From: Vicugna vicugna
Lineage: Eukaryota
Length of the DNA stretch: 64,000 bases
Assembly (NCBI GenBank): GCA_013265495.1
Contig: PNXW01004639.1
Coordinates: 62,001 to 126,000, forward strand
Direction: 5' to 3'
Positions 12,970 through 26,189 of the stretch are shown piece by piece. A program made the translations under genes and the position numbers. The notes under the pieces are model-generated. The model saw nothing but the letters and a program-made list of their open reading frames with translations, ran no database searches and was not told where the DNA came from. Each line of letters begins with the position of its first letter. Position 1 is the stretch's first letter.

Positions 12970-13652
12970 CTAATTAATTGGTACTATAATTATTACTTTA
13001 TGTAATTGTTTGCTAAGGTGCAGTAGGGTTTTGATTTCTGTAGTTTAATAAACAAAGGAAAATTTGAAACTAGACCTCAAACCTGAAAGAACCATTTTTC
13101 TTTACCATGTTTATGCCTTATTGAACCTTCCGTTATTTATTTATTTTGCATATCTATCAGATAAAATAGAAAATAGATGATTTTTATATAGTAATTGGTG
13201 AAAGCTAAAGACTGTTCAAAGTAATCTGGTATAGAGTGTAAATAGATTATTAAAGTAATTTTTTATTCATTGATTTTGATCTGTGAATAGAATACTGTTG
13301 GGTGAAGAAAAAAGTGGTACTTGACAAACTACAATGAAGGACTCAAGTTCAGCAATTTCTTGTAATGCGTATTTGATATTGTTTCTTAAAGAGCTATAAA
13401 GTCTAACTTTACAGAATGAACTTGGCAAGGAATACAATATTGTGATTATGATGAGCATTGTTCAGATCTCTGTGATAAAATGTTTTCATTTTAAACTTGG
13501 AAGATTTTGATTTTTTCTTTCTTTACTAAAAAAAATGCATCAACACTTCATTTCTCATATGGATGCCACTTCTGTGTAATACATCTTTAAAGACTAATTT
13601 CTTAATTATAAGAATAATAATGATTCTAATTACTTTGAGATAATATTAAAAT

Positions 13653-13708
13653 ATTCAATGCCAAAACAAATACACACAAAATTCAATGCCAAAACAAATA
13701 CACACAAA
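13653..13708. repeat. Perfect 28-bp tandem duplication
   Basis: ATTCAATGCCAAAACAAATACACACAAA x2. Confidence 0.95.
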
Positions 13709-13709
13709 A

Positions 13710-14358
13710 TCTATTATTTCCCTAATACCAGCACACTGTCTAGATTATTGTAGCTTTATAGTAGGTCTTGAAGTCAGGCCATGTCATTCCTCTGACTTTG
13801 TTTTTTTCTCTTTGGCATTTCCTTGGCTCTTTCGATTATTTCACTTTTACGTATAAGCTAGAATCAGTTTGTTGAAATTCACCAGAAAACTTTCTGAGAT
13901 TTTGATAAGGATTGTGTTGAATCTATACATTAAGTTGATAAAGCTGACGTGTTGGCAACATTGACTCTTTCTATCTATGAACATGAAATATTCTCTATTT
14001 ATTTGGATCTTCTTTGATTTCATCAGACTTCCACAGTTTTCCTCATATAAATTTTGTACATATTTTGTTAGATTTATACCTAAGTATTTCACTTTTTGGT
14101 GCTGATGTAAATGATATTATGTTTTTATTTTTGAACTCTAATTGTTCATTGCTATTATATGGGAAAGCAATTTTGTCTTTTGTGTATTAATCTTGTGTCC
14201 TGCAACCTTACTAAAGTCGCCTGTCAGTTCTCATGGTTTCTTTTTGATGTTTGCTCTTTAGGATTTTTCTGTGTAAACAATCATGTCGTCTGCAAACAAG
14301 GATATTTTCTTCCTTTCTGATCTGTATACATTTTATTTCCTTTCTTACTGTATTGCCG
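13710..14358 (-). mobile_element. L1 ORF2 reverse-transcriptase relic
   Basis: The minus strand encodes LFADDMIVY (catalytic FADD, about 14273-14299) and KYLGINLTK...LYEEN (ORF 13847..14092), with stops and frameshifts. Confidence 0.92.
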
Positions 14359-14899
14359 ACACACCCAAGACCAGGAGGCCCCGAATCTGTTTGTTAGTAT
14401 AGCTCAGCAAAAGCTCCCTCGCCATCCAGGGCGCAAGAATGCCTGGCATCCTATTCTCAGCACACTTGCAAAAATCCTCATGCTATGGGTCTTCAGGACA
14501 GCTTACAAATAGAAAGTGTTAACACTGAGAAAGTGGGAGAAAATTTTAACTAATTAACATGTATGCATTTGTTAAAACATTCCTAGACCTGGGAGCCCCA
14601 AAGACACATTTCTTACATCTTACATTCTGTTGTATTAAAGTCAGCAGAAACATATAATGTACAAAGGACAAAGAGTATCATGTCAAGATTTCCCCTCCTG
14701 TGTAGTCTTTAAATTGACTGTGACAGAATGCTAAACCAACGCCGATCACGGTGACAATACTGGCAACTTTCAAGACCGCGTTCCCAGAATGACTCCCCCT
14801 CCCCACAATGTATACATATTTTGCTTTCTAAATCAGTAAACATTAATCCTTTATTTGACAGAACAGTAGTGTCTCTAGAAAGCCGAATTATATTTGTCC

Positions 14900-15390
14900 C
14901 TCTTTCTGTTAATGACTATTACTTTATTTCAAGGAGTTAATATTATAAAATCGGAGAGGTTATGTTTGCTATTAAATGCGATTTTGAATTATATGGCTTT
15001 TGGTTTGAATTATTCTTTTTGCATTAAGAAATTTTCCTTCAAATCTAAGTTCATTCAGATTTACTCAGAATTTTTATGAGAGAAAAATGGTGAAATTTTC
15101 TGATGTGTCCCTGAAACTCATCAAAATGATTGTGATTTTTCTCCTTTGGCCAACTATATGCAGGATTAAGTGATGGGTACCCTAAGACAGTACTTTCAAA
15201 GGATCTTAAATAAGTCATAGTGTATTTTTCTTAATTTCTGAAATGGATCCAACAACATATTATTGGGGGAATCTTGTATCTATTTACATGTTGTAATAGT
15301 CAGAACTTTTCTTTTTATGTCGATCCAGGTCCAGTTTTGTAATTGTCTTACAGTGACTCCGTAAATAAATGAACTGAGTGCTTAGTTTGT
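14900..15390 (-). mobile_element. Highly diverged L1 ORF2 fragment
   Basis: Antisense L1-like T-rich motifs (TTAAGAAATTTTCCTTC, AAAATGATTGTGATTTTTCTCCTTT). Confidence 0.55.
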
Positions 15391-15409
15391 CTTCACATTT
15401 ATGTAACCA

Positions 15410-16200
15410 GTCTTTTCTCCTCCAATCCATGAACCACTGTAGGCTAGATCATCCACAATCTTCTAATCAGCAAATGGACCCCATTCATCTCTCCTCCTAC
15501 TGGAATTTTTATCTACTAGGTGCCATTTTTTAAAATTCTTTCTCTCTTGAAACTTGTTTTTGTCTAGACTTTCTTTCCTTCTTGGTCCTTTTTAAAAATT
15601 TAATTTATGTTATAAAGTATGCTTTGTCTGCCAGTTCCTTAAATATCAATTTCCACCGAAGCATGGTCCACCACTAATTCTAATTCTACTTGTTCTTGCT
15701 GGACAACCTCATCCAGTATCATAACTCTGATCCTTAGCCATAGGATGGTATCTCTGTATCTCCAGGATGCCTCGCCCCACTCCCATTCTGTATACCCAGC
15801 TTCCCAATGGATACATTTACTGACATATTCCAGAGAATCCCAAACTCCAAATGTTCTTCTCACATCTACTCCTTCTTTATGTCCCTAATCTGCCATCCAT
15901 CAGATTTTCCAAGGCAGAAACTTGAGTTCCCATCTTTCATTTTATTTATCCCAAATAAACACACTAATGAACATTTGTAATTTCTGTCATCTTTTCTCTG
16001 TATCTACTACCACTTACTCTCTGAATTCCTATTTTAATTAACTAGATTTTGCTATCGTTTTCCGTTAAGTCTTCTTTTCTCCACTAGCCTTGTCTGCAAC
16101 CTTTTTCTCTTGTTGTGACAGTAATAATTTTCTAAAATTCTAATTTGATTGTAACACCCACTAACATACAATACTTAAGACCCAATAATCAACAAGAGAA
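15410..16200 (+). mobile_element. L2 fragment
   Basis: ACAACCTCATCCAGTATCAT, TATACCCAGCTTCCCAATGGATACATTTACT, CCATCCATCAGATTTTCCAAGGCAGAAACTTGAG. Confidence 0.7.
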
Positions 16201-16521
16201 ATTAAAGGTCTAATTCAAAGTGATTTACAAAAATATGTATTGTAGAGGAAGACAAATAGAGGTTATCATGTTATAAGTAAAATTTGAATGGACAGTTTGA
16301 TAATAAGAGAAATAAAATTAATTTATACATATGTGGAGATAGGATTCAAATCTGACCATAAGCTTCCAAGTAGTTAAAAAAAAACAAATATCATATATAA
16401 AATTGAGCCCCTTTTCATAAGGTTTTTTTCCTTAGAAGAAAATAGATACTTGTAATACTGTGTCTTAAGACAAATCTCTCCCACAGATCCTTACAAAAAC
16501 CAAAGTAATGTTATATAATGG

Positions 16522-16584
16522 TTCACACTGACACTATGCCGTAAAAAGATTGCATTTTATCATGGAGCATAGTGTCAGTGTGAA
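16522..16584. other. Perfect 18-bp inverted repeat (63-nt hairpin)
   Basis: TTCACACTGACACTATGC (16522-16539) is the exact reverse complement of GCATAGTGTCAGTGTGAA (16567-16584); 27-nt spacer. Confidence 0.95.
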
Positions 16585-19500
16585 ATTCTCTAGCGAAAAA
16601 TGATTACATGATGAGTCAAAGCAGGAGTGTCTACCTGGTTCTCTGGTCCTCTGGTGAATCACTTTCACCAAAGGATAAAATTTGTTATGTTTGAAATACT
16701 CTGTAAGATCGTGTATGTGGTCTGCAAGCAGTGCTAACTCCGTATTATCAAACTTTTTTTTTTTTTTAAGATTTAGGCAGCAGCAAATTTCAGGTTATAT
16801 TTCCTAGCAAGTGCCTGCAATACAATTTTTTTTATGGTTTTAATTAAGGACAGATTTATTGTCCTTGATGTTGAACTTGAAGGGTTGTAAGATTTAAAAA
16901 GACATGAATTCATTTTTTTTTCAGTTAAGAAGACAAACTGGCTTGTATCTGAACAGATTGCTTTTTAATTCCCTGCAGAATTTGTCAGAGTGAGTACCTG
17001 CAGACAAGGTCAATATTCCCTTGGAAAATAGTTTGGGATTATTCTGGCATCCAAACTGGTAAGTAAATAGTGAATTACTTAGACTGTAATACATAAAATG
17101 TGAATAATGGAAACAGGAAAAGTGTAAATATAATAATATAAAAACTATAGTAATGACAGTCATCAAAAATCTAGAATTTTATGTATATTCTCGATGAATT
17201 TCCTATTTTTCTGCAGACGTAGTTTCTCCTTTGCTTTAAAGCTTTGAAAATTGGATATATCTACTCTGTGTCTAGTCTTTTCTCTCTCCTACTTCGCCCA
17301 AAGATGAATATTTTGACTTTATAACAATAGGTAGTCACTTTACTGTATTCATAGTAGTAGTGAAAACCCCACAGAGATTAAATCTGATATCCTATGGTTC
17401 ACAAAAAAATTTCAGTCTTCTTAATACAGCACTAATGGCAAGATAAATACACTGCTTCCAAGCCAGCCTGAAGCACAGTCAATACATTTACTTGTGTAAA
17501 TTTCATAATAAAAACCAAAATAGTGATAGCCAAGCCATTAGGAAGTTGCTTAGATTGCCAAAAGGATATTGGATACTTTTCAGTTTTGCATCTTTCTGGA
17601 GAGAAAAAGGACAAAACACTCCTTTTATCCTTTTAAAAATTGAAAAAAAAATTTTTTTGTATCTACCTTAATCTTCAGCGTGGTCATCTGAGTGATTTTC
17701 TGACTTAGTGTTTGCACATGTTGATTCTTAAGACGGCCCAAATCCCAAATCAGCTCTGCTACTCCAAGCTAAGAATGATTTTCCTAAGTGTAACATCAGG
17801 GTTACATTACATTAACATTCATGAGCTGAAGGCTAGATATTAAATTTGAAAGAACACCTCTTACTTACGACTGTATTTATTGATTGGCAAGTTAGGTCTT
17901 CAAGTCTGTTTTAGACTGAACACTTGCTTTAGCCTGTCCTGAAAGGTCTCCTGCACACATTGAAGATATCACTGGCTCGTTTATTGGCCTGCATTATCCT
18001 GTTATCTCTGCGTCAAAGACTTACTCTGGAGCTTACTGTCCAAGCAGTGCTCATTTCACCGATTGTTGCAAATGGAGTTTGTTAAAAAGCTGCTCACGCT
18101 CTGAGTCACTGATGAGAACCGTAGTCTTGTGTTAAAATTTTTAAGAGTTACTCCACGAATCACACCCTGCGCTACTACTGCTTTAAACAGAGTTCATGCC
18201 GTACAACGGAAATAACTGATGGTTTGCAAATTACACCGTGCAGTGGGTCTCCTGCATGTTTGGCTTTGTGTCCTTGGAGTGATTTTCAGCATCGTTAAGC
18301 AGAAAGCACATCATTTCCTAAGTAACAAGGAATGAAGCACACACAGAGATTGACTTGGCATCTCTTACATAAACTTTCTGTTTTAGATTTGCAGAATTTA
18401 CATAATATTGGAACAACACAATACCCACACATATTTGTGGTGTCAGTTCAATTTCCCTACAGTGCCCTTCTATGGTCAACCCAGCCAAGGGTTTGTCTGC
18501 CTGTTAAAATTTTTGACATGATTTTTTTTAATACAAAACAGTCTTCACTTAAAAAAAAATTAATTATTTTCAGAGGGTTTTTTTCCCCTACATAATAGAT
18601 GCCTATTTGAAATGTAGGAAAATTGGAAATTATTTAACATATTTGAAAAATGTTTTTCTAAGTGTTTTGATACTCAGTAATTTTTGAAATATCCACAACT
18701 ATCCTACTCCAAAATTTAAGTGAAACTATATAAAGGAATGATCACTTATGTATATAGGAGTTTTATATATATAAAGATTTTATAGCTTTTCTTTTGTAGG
18801 CCCAAACTCAAAGCCATATTTAAAGATTTGTTAAAGATGGTTTTTTCTCTGGCGCTCTAAAACTGTACACCCATCTGCCTTTGGAACATCTCCACTTATG
18901 CATCTGATCTTTAAAATAGAACTGGATATATCAACTATCTAACTGAGCAAAATTCTGCAGCTCTGTAGAGTATTTACCCACTAACTTTGCTCCCATGGGA
19001 AATGTGCTTTTACATGGAAGGGTATTATTTTATTTATCGTGTTTGCAGACAGCGCCATAGCTACTAAATCATATTTCATGATTAAAATTGCGATCCTTTG
19101 GCCAATAAGAAAGGACATAATGAAACCCCTCTCCTTCCCATAAAGAGTGCAAAGAAGCTACACACTTGCTTTGCTGGATGTCAGGAGTCAGGGTGGTGAA
19201 TGGTTCTATCTGTACAACTAGTACCTCTGCTTAATTACTTAGCTCAGTTTCCCCCAAGACAGAGTCTAATTGCGGTGGTTCATTTGGAAGCTGATGTCTG
19301 GAGGCATCAGTAAGGGGAGGAGGAAGTGACCCTGAGAAGGGAAGATTGCTTGTGTTGGTGACGTAACTGGAGTGCAAGGCTCTGGGTTCTGTGATTTTGA
19401 ATCATCTCAATTGAAAGCCAAGGTATTTGGCCTGTTTCTTCATTTTTAGAAGTGCATTGACTCCTGGGCATGTCTAGCCTTTTTTCCCACAGCAAACACT

Positions 19501-22334
19501 GTACGTCCGTGTTGGGAAGCCCGAGATAAGCAATGGGATAGACTTTCTGGTGGTCGTCCCCCAGTTCAGCCTGGGGCCCACGTGCAGCCTGCACAGAGGT
19601 GTGCGTCGGTTTGGCAGAACTGTTTCTTTCCAGCTTATGAGCGCCTACTCTCTCTCCACGCGGCAGTTTTCAGTCTCGGTGTAGTTGGTACTAAAATGCT
19701 GATCTGCCGGGAAGTTATTGGTTCATGACACAGCAGCAGTTTGGGGTGGGACTGAGAAGCTGGTGAGGCATTTGGTGGCACCTTGATAGTTTTGATATAT
19801 CTCATTTGAACACATGGAGTCTGATGACAAATTTGGGCTAGTAAGCATATATAGTGGAAATGTGACACATGACATAATACGAATATTGTCCTTCTTTCCA
19901 CCCTTCCTTGGATTTACTGGAATAGCCAACATGTGTCAAGTAAGAAATATTTTTAAATAAAATTCTGAATTATATGTTTTGCCATCAGTATAGTAAACAA
20001 TGCCCAGAAGTACAATGACATCTCTGAAATCTCTCCCTGAATATATCTTGTATAGAATTACTTTAGTTCTCATGTTAAAAAAAAAAACTTTTTTTTTTAA
20101 TTTCAGGCCACCTAGTATTTTGAGGGCAAACATGCCATAAAAAAAATGTGCTGACACTTCAGTGACGGTCACTGAAATAATGACACATCATGAGGAAGGC
20201 TGTGTCCCTGATGGGGGAAAAGGGAAAACACTGTCGAGTGCTTGGCGGTATTTCTTCCTGCTTGATGCAGGTCAGTCTCTCCTTTGCAAAATTATTTAAA
20301 AAAACAAGTAGCTGGAATATACTGCATGGAGTCCTGGGCCTTTCCTCTCCAGAGCTGACAGTCAGAGGTGGTCAAGACAACACCCAACCAGCCACAGACA
20401 CTCAGTGCAGGACAGAACTGCCAGCCGCTCTGGTTCTTCCTTCCCGTGACTTCCCTGACTTACCGGGACAACAGGGAACACACGTGGGACGTGCTGAGTG
20501 GCGCTGTTCTCTGCAGGGTCCGAGCAAAGGCATCGGGCCGTCTGCTGCAGCTGCTCATGGGACAGTGATCATGACCTGACCTACTGGTCATTCGTGGGCG
20601 GGCCTCACCTGAAAGCACCGCCTTCACGCTGTAGCGTGTTAATTCCAACTTATGCACGTTACAAACGACCAACAGGTCACATCCACGCTTTTTATAGTTT
20701 TCCTTTGACTCACATCAAAGACTAAGACCGTTGTCCACAGTGGCACTGTGTATTTCCCCAGGACCACCGCTCCAGCTCTGCCACTTGACCCTGCCCCTTG
20801 GACACTTCGTCCTTGCATTTAGTCCCACAGCCCCAGAAAGACACTGCAAGTTGAGCTGAACGCGCTTGGTAGGTATTGAGAGATGTTGGGTCAGAGCCAG
20901 AGTATCAGATGTGGCCCTTTTTTAAAAGTAAGAATTTCTGGGATTTTTCTCCGCTTTCTATCTGGCCTGTGCTTAGGGGTGGCCTTTCCTTCTCAGCTTG
21001 GAAGCTAAAGCCTGATGGGATCCGACCACGTCACGTCTCATTCGAGCCGGCGTTTGTGGCAGCAACAGCGTTACGCATTCACTCGGCTGCCCATAAGCTA
21101 TTATTAGTGATTTTCCAGAGGTTAGTGGCTCAAAACAACCCCCCCCCCATTTTCCTTCCTCTGCTGCCAGGGAATCTCACAAGAATTAAAACTATCCTAC
21201 CTTAGGTTTTGGACCCATTTCCACACTACCTGGAGGGTTTTTAAGGGATCTCACTGTGGAATTTGCAAACCGCTAATCTACATTGTACTATTCTTGTATG
21301 AAAAGTCTGGTGTTGCCACTGGTGATCTGAGTCATTTAGTCAAGCAACAAAACACGCTCACCGAGCTGTATTTGTGTGTCAAGTAAGATTAGGCACATGT
21401 CTCTATACTGAAGTGTGTTGGCGCTGCAAAAGAACACAAAACAATGAGAGCTGTGATCTTACTCTATTCCAATTTCTTTTCAAAAATCTTATACAACTTT
21501 TTCTAAAAGTTATCTTCCTTCATTATTTCAAAAGCATTCTTTGTTTTTAATAAACATTTAGTTACCCAGGTTATAAAGAGCAGGGAATGTTTGTTAAGAC
21601 AGTGTATTATCTAACCTCAAATATTTGAAAATAATTGTATGAATAATTCCTTTGAAATTTTGAGAAGCTAAATGTTCATCAGTTCATAGTTGACTTCTAA
21701 TGGCCCAATGTGGTTAAAATTAAAAAGAGTTTGACGGAATGTTAGGGGCTTGAGTTTACGTAATTTCAGCCAGCATTATCAAGTTTATTTTGGTTTTATT
21801 TTGTTTTCTGATTTATATTATGTGGGGATGCTGGTGGTTTGGGAGAACTCTAAGTACCATTTCAAATTCTTTGCGAAGTGCTTCGTGAAACAGTCCCAAT
21901 GTAGTATCATTAATATTTAAAACAAAAAAAGCAAGATCTTATTAGAAGATAATTAAAATTAGGAAGTCAGTGAAAGAGCATATTTATGCCACGTTGCCCA
22001 TCCACAAGTTACAACTCGAGTATTAATTTTATAGTTGGAATCAAGTATAATTGTTCAGGAAATGCATATGTTTCCATGGCAATGACTTGTATGACAAAAG
22101 ATATTGCCTTCCTGATCCATCCCATTTTCTCTCAAAGGAGCTTGTAAACAATAAGGCCATTGTTTGCATTTGTGTTCCTGCCTGTGAAGCTGGGTCACAG
22201 ATACCTGGTTTATAGTGCTGTGCACACTGTCAGAGTGACTGGATGAACTTCTAGGACTCAAACTACGTATTTAGACGCTGCTTTGTCTACAACTTGCAGA
22301 ACTTTCAGCTTTGAATTACAATCTCACCCTATTT

Positions 22335-22885
22335 CAATTCATACATTCACTTAACCAGTACTTACAGACCTTCTTCTGGGCACTGTCCTAGGTGCTAGGT
22401 ACAAAGCAATCAGCAGACTGTCGGAGCCTCCATTTCTTACGCAGCTTCCAATCCTTCAAGAGGAGGTGGACTAAACTTAAATGAGTAAATAAATATAGCG
22501 TCTTGGGTCGTCGTAAGTGCACCCAGGGTGATGTTCAGAGAGTGGCTGGTGGAGGCAAAATTAGGTAATGTAGTCGTGAAAAGTCCCCAAACAGGGATCA
22601 AGTTGAGACGAACACTGAATGATGGGACAAAACTAGCCAAGTATAGACTTGGAGAAGGGCTTTCCTGGCCGTGGAGGAAAAGGGCAAAGAGTGAGAGGTA
22701 AGAGTGGGCGTGGTCTGTTTAGAGATGGGAAGAGGGTGGTGGCTGGAGCGTGGTGACAAAGGGGCAGAGCAAGATGTGAGTCTGAAGACGGGCAAGGACC
22801 AGCTGTGCAGGCCTGGTAGGAGTTCTGACTTCCCTCCAGTTGAGATGGAAAGTGGTGGAGAGTTTCTGGTAGCAGAGGAACGTGT
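22335..22885 (-). mobile_element. L2 (3' end, antisense)
   Basis: CATTCACTTAACCAGTACTTAC..GGCACTGTCCTAGGTGCTAGG followed by the purine-rich antisense L2 body. Confidence 0.8.
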
Positions 22886-25800
22886 TTTGACGTCCATGGT
22901 TAGTTACCACTTTGTAATCCACCTTGCAGACTCTTCTAAAAAATCCTAAATACTGTTTAATGATCACACTGCCTGTTCAGAAGTCTCAAATGTCTCTTCA
23001 GTTCCATCAGAGTAAAACGGCAATTTTCATAAACGGTACTTTCGACCTTCCACAACGTGGAATTTGTGGAACTCCTCACATCTTACTGAGCACAACTTCC
23101 CTCCATGTGCACCCAACGCTGCGTTCAGACTATCTGGTCAGGATCTCCCTAAATGGATTATTTCCTTTCTTGTCTTCACAACCCTGTCCATCACCCCACC
23201 CTCTGCCCTGCTTCATCGGTCATTTCTTCTTCCCCAAACTGCTCGCATTCTGTCCTTGCTGTCTGAACATTTATAGGACAGCCACAGATCACTCTTGAAT
23301 AAATCCTTTCCGCCTTTACAGCTCTTTTGGCACTTGTGAAGCCTGTCTGCATTTTGGTACATGAGACCAAATAAATCAACACCTCAGTTTGCTGGTCAGT
23401 GACCATGATCTTACCTTCTTTTTCTTCTCTCATCACATAATCCTTAATATAATGGACACTCTTAAAAGCTTGGGGAAAAAAAGTGGTGTGACTCGCCCGT
23501 GACCAACATGCGCTTATCTATCTAAACTGTTGTTAAACTTTGAAGCAATAGGCACCTTTCCGAGATGGCCAGTTGATCTGGGGTACAGTCCATGATCATG
23601 AAATAGAAAAAAATTTTTAAATATGCAGAGGGACTGAGCCAATAGCGTTGGACTCTCTGGCATCATTTTTAAGAATTCTGTCTAACAATTCTGGAATGTT
23701 CAGTGTTTTTCTTTAGGGAAATAAAGAACAACACCCGTGAAGGGATCTATTAATTTGTCTGAGACAGTTTCACCTCAAGCCCAAAAATTTTATAAATGAA
23801 TGGAATGAGTTCATTTTCCTCCCAGATATCTGTTTGGAACACAAAACAACCACTTGCTGGAGTTTAAAAATAAATCAACATGGTCAGCTATGGCCTTTTC
23901 CAGCATTTTCTGTCAACCTTAATAGATTTAATTAGCTTGTTTTGCTTCAAAATAAACTACAAGAAAATCTTCAACACTGGTGACTCTACTCTTTAAGGAG
24001 TAGGGAAAAAAATCAGTTCTGCTGAGATAGACAACCAAAGAGTGACTACTCAGAACAGACTCAGATAACACTAGACTCTCTGGCACTAAATGTAGAGCTG
24101 ACCACAGCTGAGTTTTTCCATTTTCAGTTTTAGGAAAATAGAACACTTGTTAGTGTGTAGTCTGTTGCCCATTGTTACAGTATCATCATGTTTGGGCATC
24201 TGATAATAATACATGCTATTCACTAAAATACAATTTTCATCAGTAATGTTTGGATTATATAAAGCATAAGTCATCTCAGAAAATAAAACTATTTTGAGAC
24301 TAATTATTTGATCTCATAGAAAGTCAACACGTTTATATTTAGTACATTTCTACTAATGAATCTCAACATCATGTGAAATAGGTAACTGAGAAAGGATCCT
24401 GGTCTGTGGTATGGAAGAAACACACATACATGTGCACATGAGGGGGAAAATCTCATTCAATATCCTGCTTCATTTTTTAATGTTTCTCAATCTCTGCTTT
24501 AGAAAAGAGGATTAAAAATAAATTTAAGTGGGAGAAAAAAGAATGGGTTTATGATGCTGTGACTGGAATTTGTAATATGTTCTACTAAACTGTTTCTGTA
24601 TGAAGGTAAATGAAAGGAAGATCTTTTCTTCCACAAATAAGTGATTGCTAACATTTTCTTCATGCACATCGTCAGAAACAAGATGACAAAAAGGTCAAAT
24701 TCAGCTCGGCTGAAAAATCACAGCTTCTAAATATTTATTTAGTGCTCATCTTCCTTGGGTTTCCTCAAGAGACTTCTGCCAAATTGGAGGAACATTTTTC
24801 TTGCTGGAACTCAGGCTTCCCCAGCCAGATGTGAAATCGATGTTTATGAGAATGCACAGCCCAAATTATTCCATAAACAGTTTAATAACACAAATATTAT
24901 TTTCTTTTTTAAATGTTTTCTACATTTGCCGTCTCTGTGATGGTACTTTAGGAGATGCAGACTTTAACCTAGACATTGGTTTGGCTGTTCCTGTTTTGCA
25001 GTTAAAGCAGATGGTTAGTACACGTCTAGGTATGGCAGACTTACTCCGGCCATACTGCTCTCTCGTCCTATGCATACGCATCTACTTCTTAGCAAGAGTA
25101 TGGAAGATTGCTGGAAATTTTATGCCCAGGAAACATACCTGTAATTACACAGCCAGTGAACCCAGGGAAGACTCAGGAAGGAAACTCCTGGACGCACAGA
25201 GCTAGCTTTCCTATAGGAAACTCCTTAAGTTGAGCAAAAACATTTCTTCCTCATATACGTAACTATTTACCTGTGTTTCCTGAAGACTAAAATTCTGCAG
25301 GATGATATGAAGTCTAGCTGCTAAATCTAGCTCCTAAAAAAGGAGCTTTACTCTCATTCTACAAGCTTTTAACACATCACTTGTGATCATTTGTATGTGG
25401 TTGGGTTAGCATATTTCTTTAAAATAGCCCAGACTCAACCAAAAGTAAAAGTGTGACATCAAAGAGCAGAGCAAAATCCTTATCCTAGTGTTATTCAGAC
25501 ACTTTCCTAGTGAATTCCACGTTGTAAATGCCTGCATAAAATCAATTGTTTTCTCATTTTGTATGATCTAGAAAATGACAATCTTGAAATACCATTTGGG
25601 TTTTCTGCACAGAGGAATATGGTCTTTGGAACCCTACTTAAGTAAATCAAAAAACCAATAATGATTCAGAGAGTAATGGAGCAGTCACTACAGCACACAG
25701 CAAATAAAATGTTTTTCCCATTATTATACCTCTAAGTCCTCTCAAGTGAATTTTAACCAAATTAATTTCACAGCATTTCTTCTATAAAACCAAAAAGTAC

Positions 25801-26189
25801 TTCAAAATTTTGTGATTTTGACAACTATATTACTTCTCAATACTCCAATTTTTATTTTTAAAAAGCAGTAAAACATGGACATTTTTAAAATGAGATTTTA
25901 TTAGAAAGGAAATTATAAGTAAATAGCTAAGCATTTGATGATTAGTTAATAATTTTTGTTTTTTACTGAACTTCTGTATTTGCCTACCTGGGGTGAGGAA
26001 AATCATCTAGACTGGATTTTACTTTGTGCTGCCTTCTATATTACGCTTTATCTGTTTCTTTAGCGATAAGGATAAGAGCATTTATAAGATCCCTCTTAGA
26101 ATCATCTAACGTCCATCATCTGTGACATGATTATATTCATACAAAATGTATAAGGACTTATAGATAAAGATAGAGAATATATATTCTCT

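Noticed and set aside
13267..13458. Protein-like stretch SLRNNIKYALQEIAELESF
   Set aside because: No credible donor site and no recognised homolog.
13847..14092. ORF with a reverse-transcriptase-like sequence
   Set aside because: Dead L1 ORF2 fragment with stops and frameshifts, not a host gene or novel RT system.
17865..17955. Minus-strand exon with GTAAGT donor
   Set aside because: All three frames contain stops from the candidate acceptor near 17950; at most non-coding.
24801..25205. 134-aa plus-strand ORF
   Set aside because: Non-ATG start, no coding-like features, no recognised similarity.
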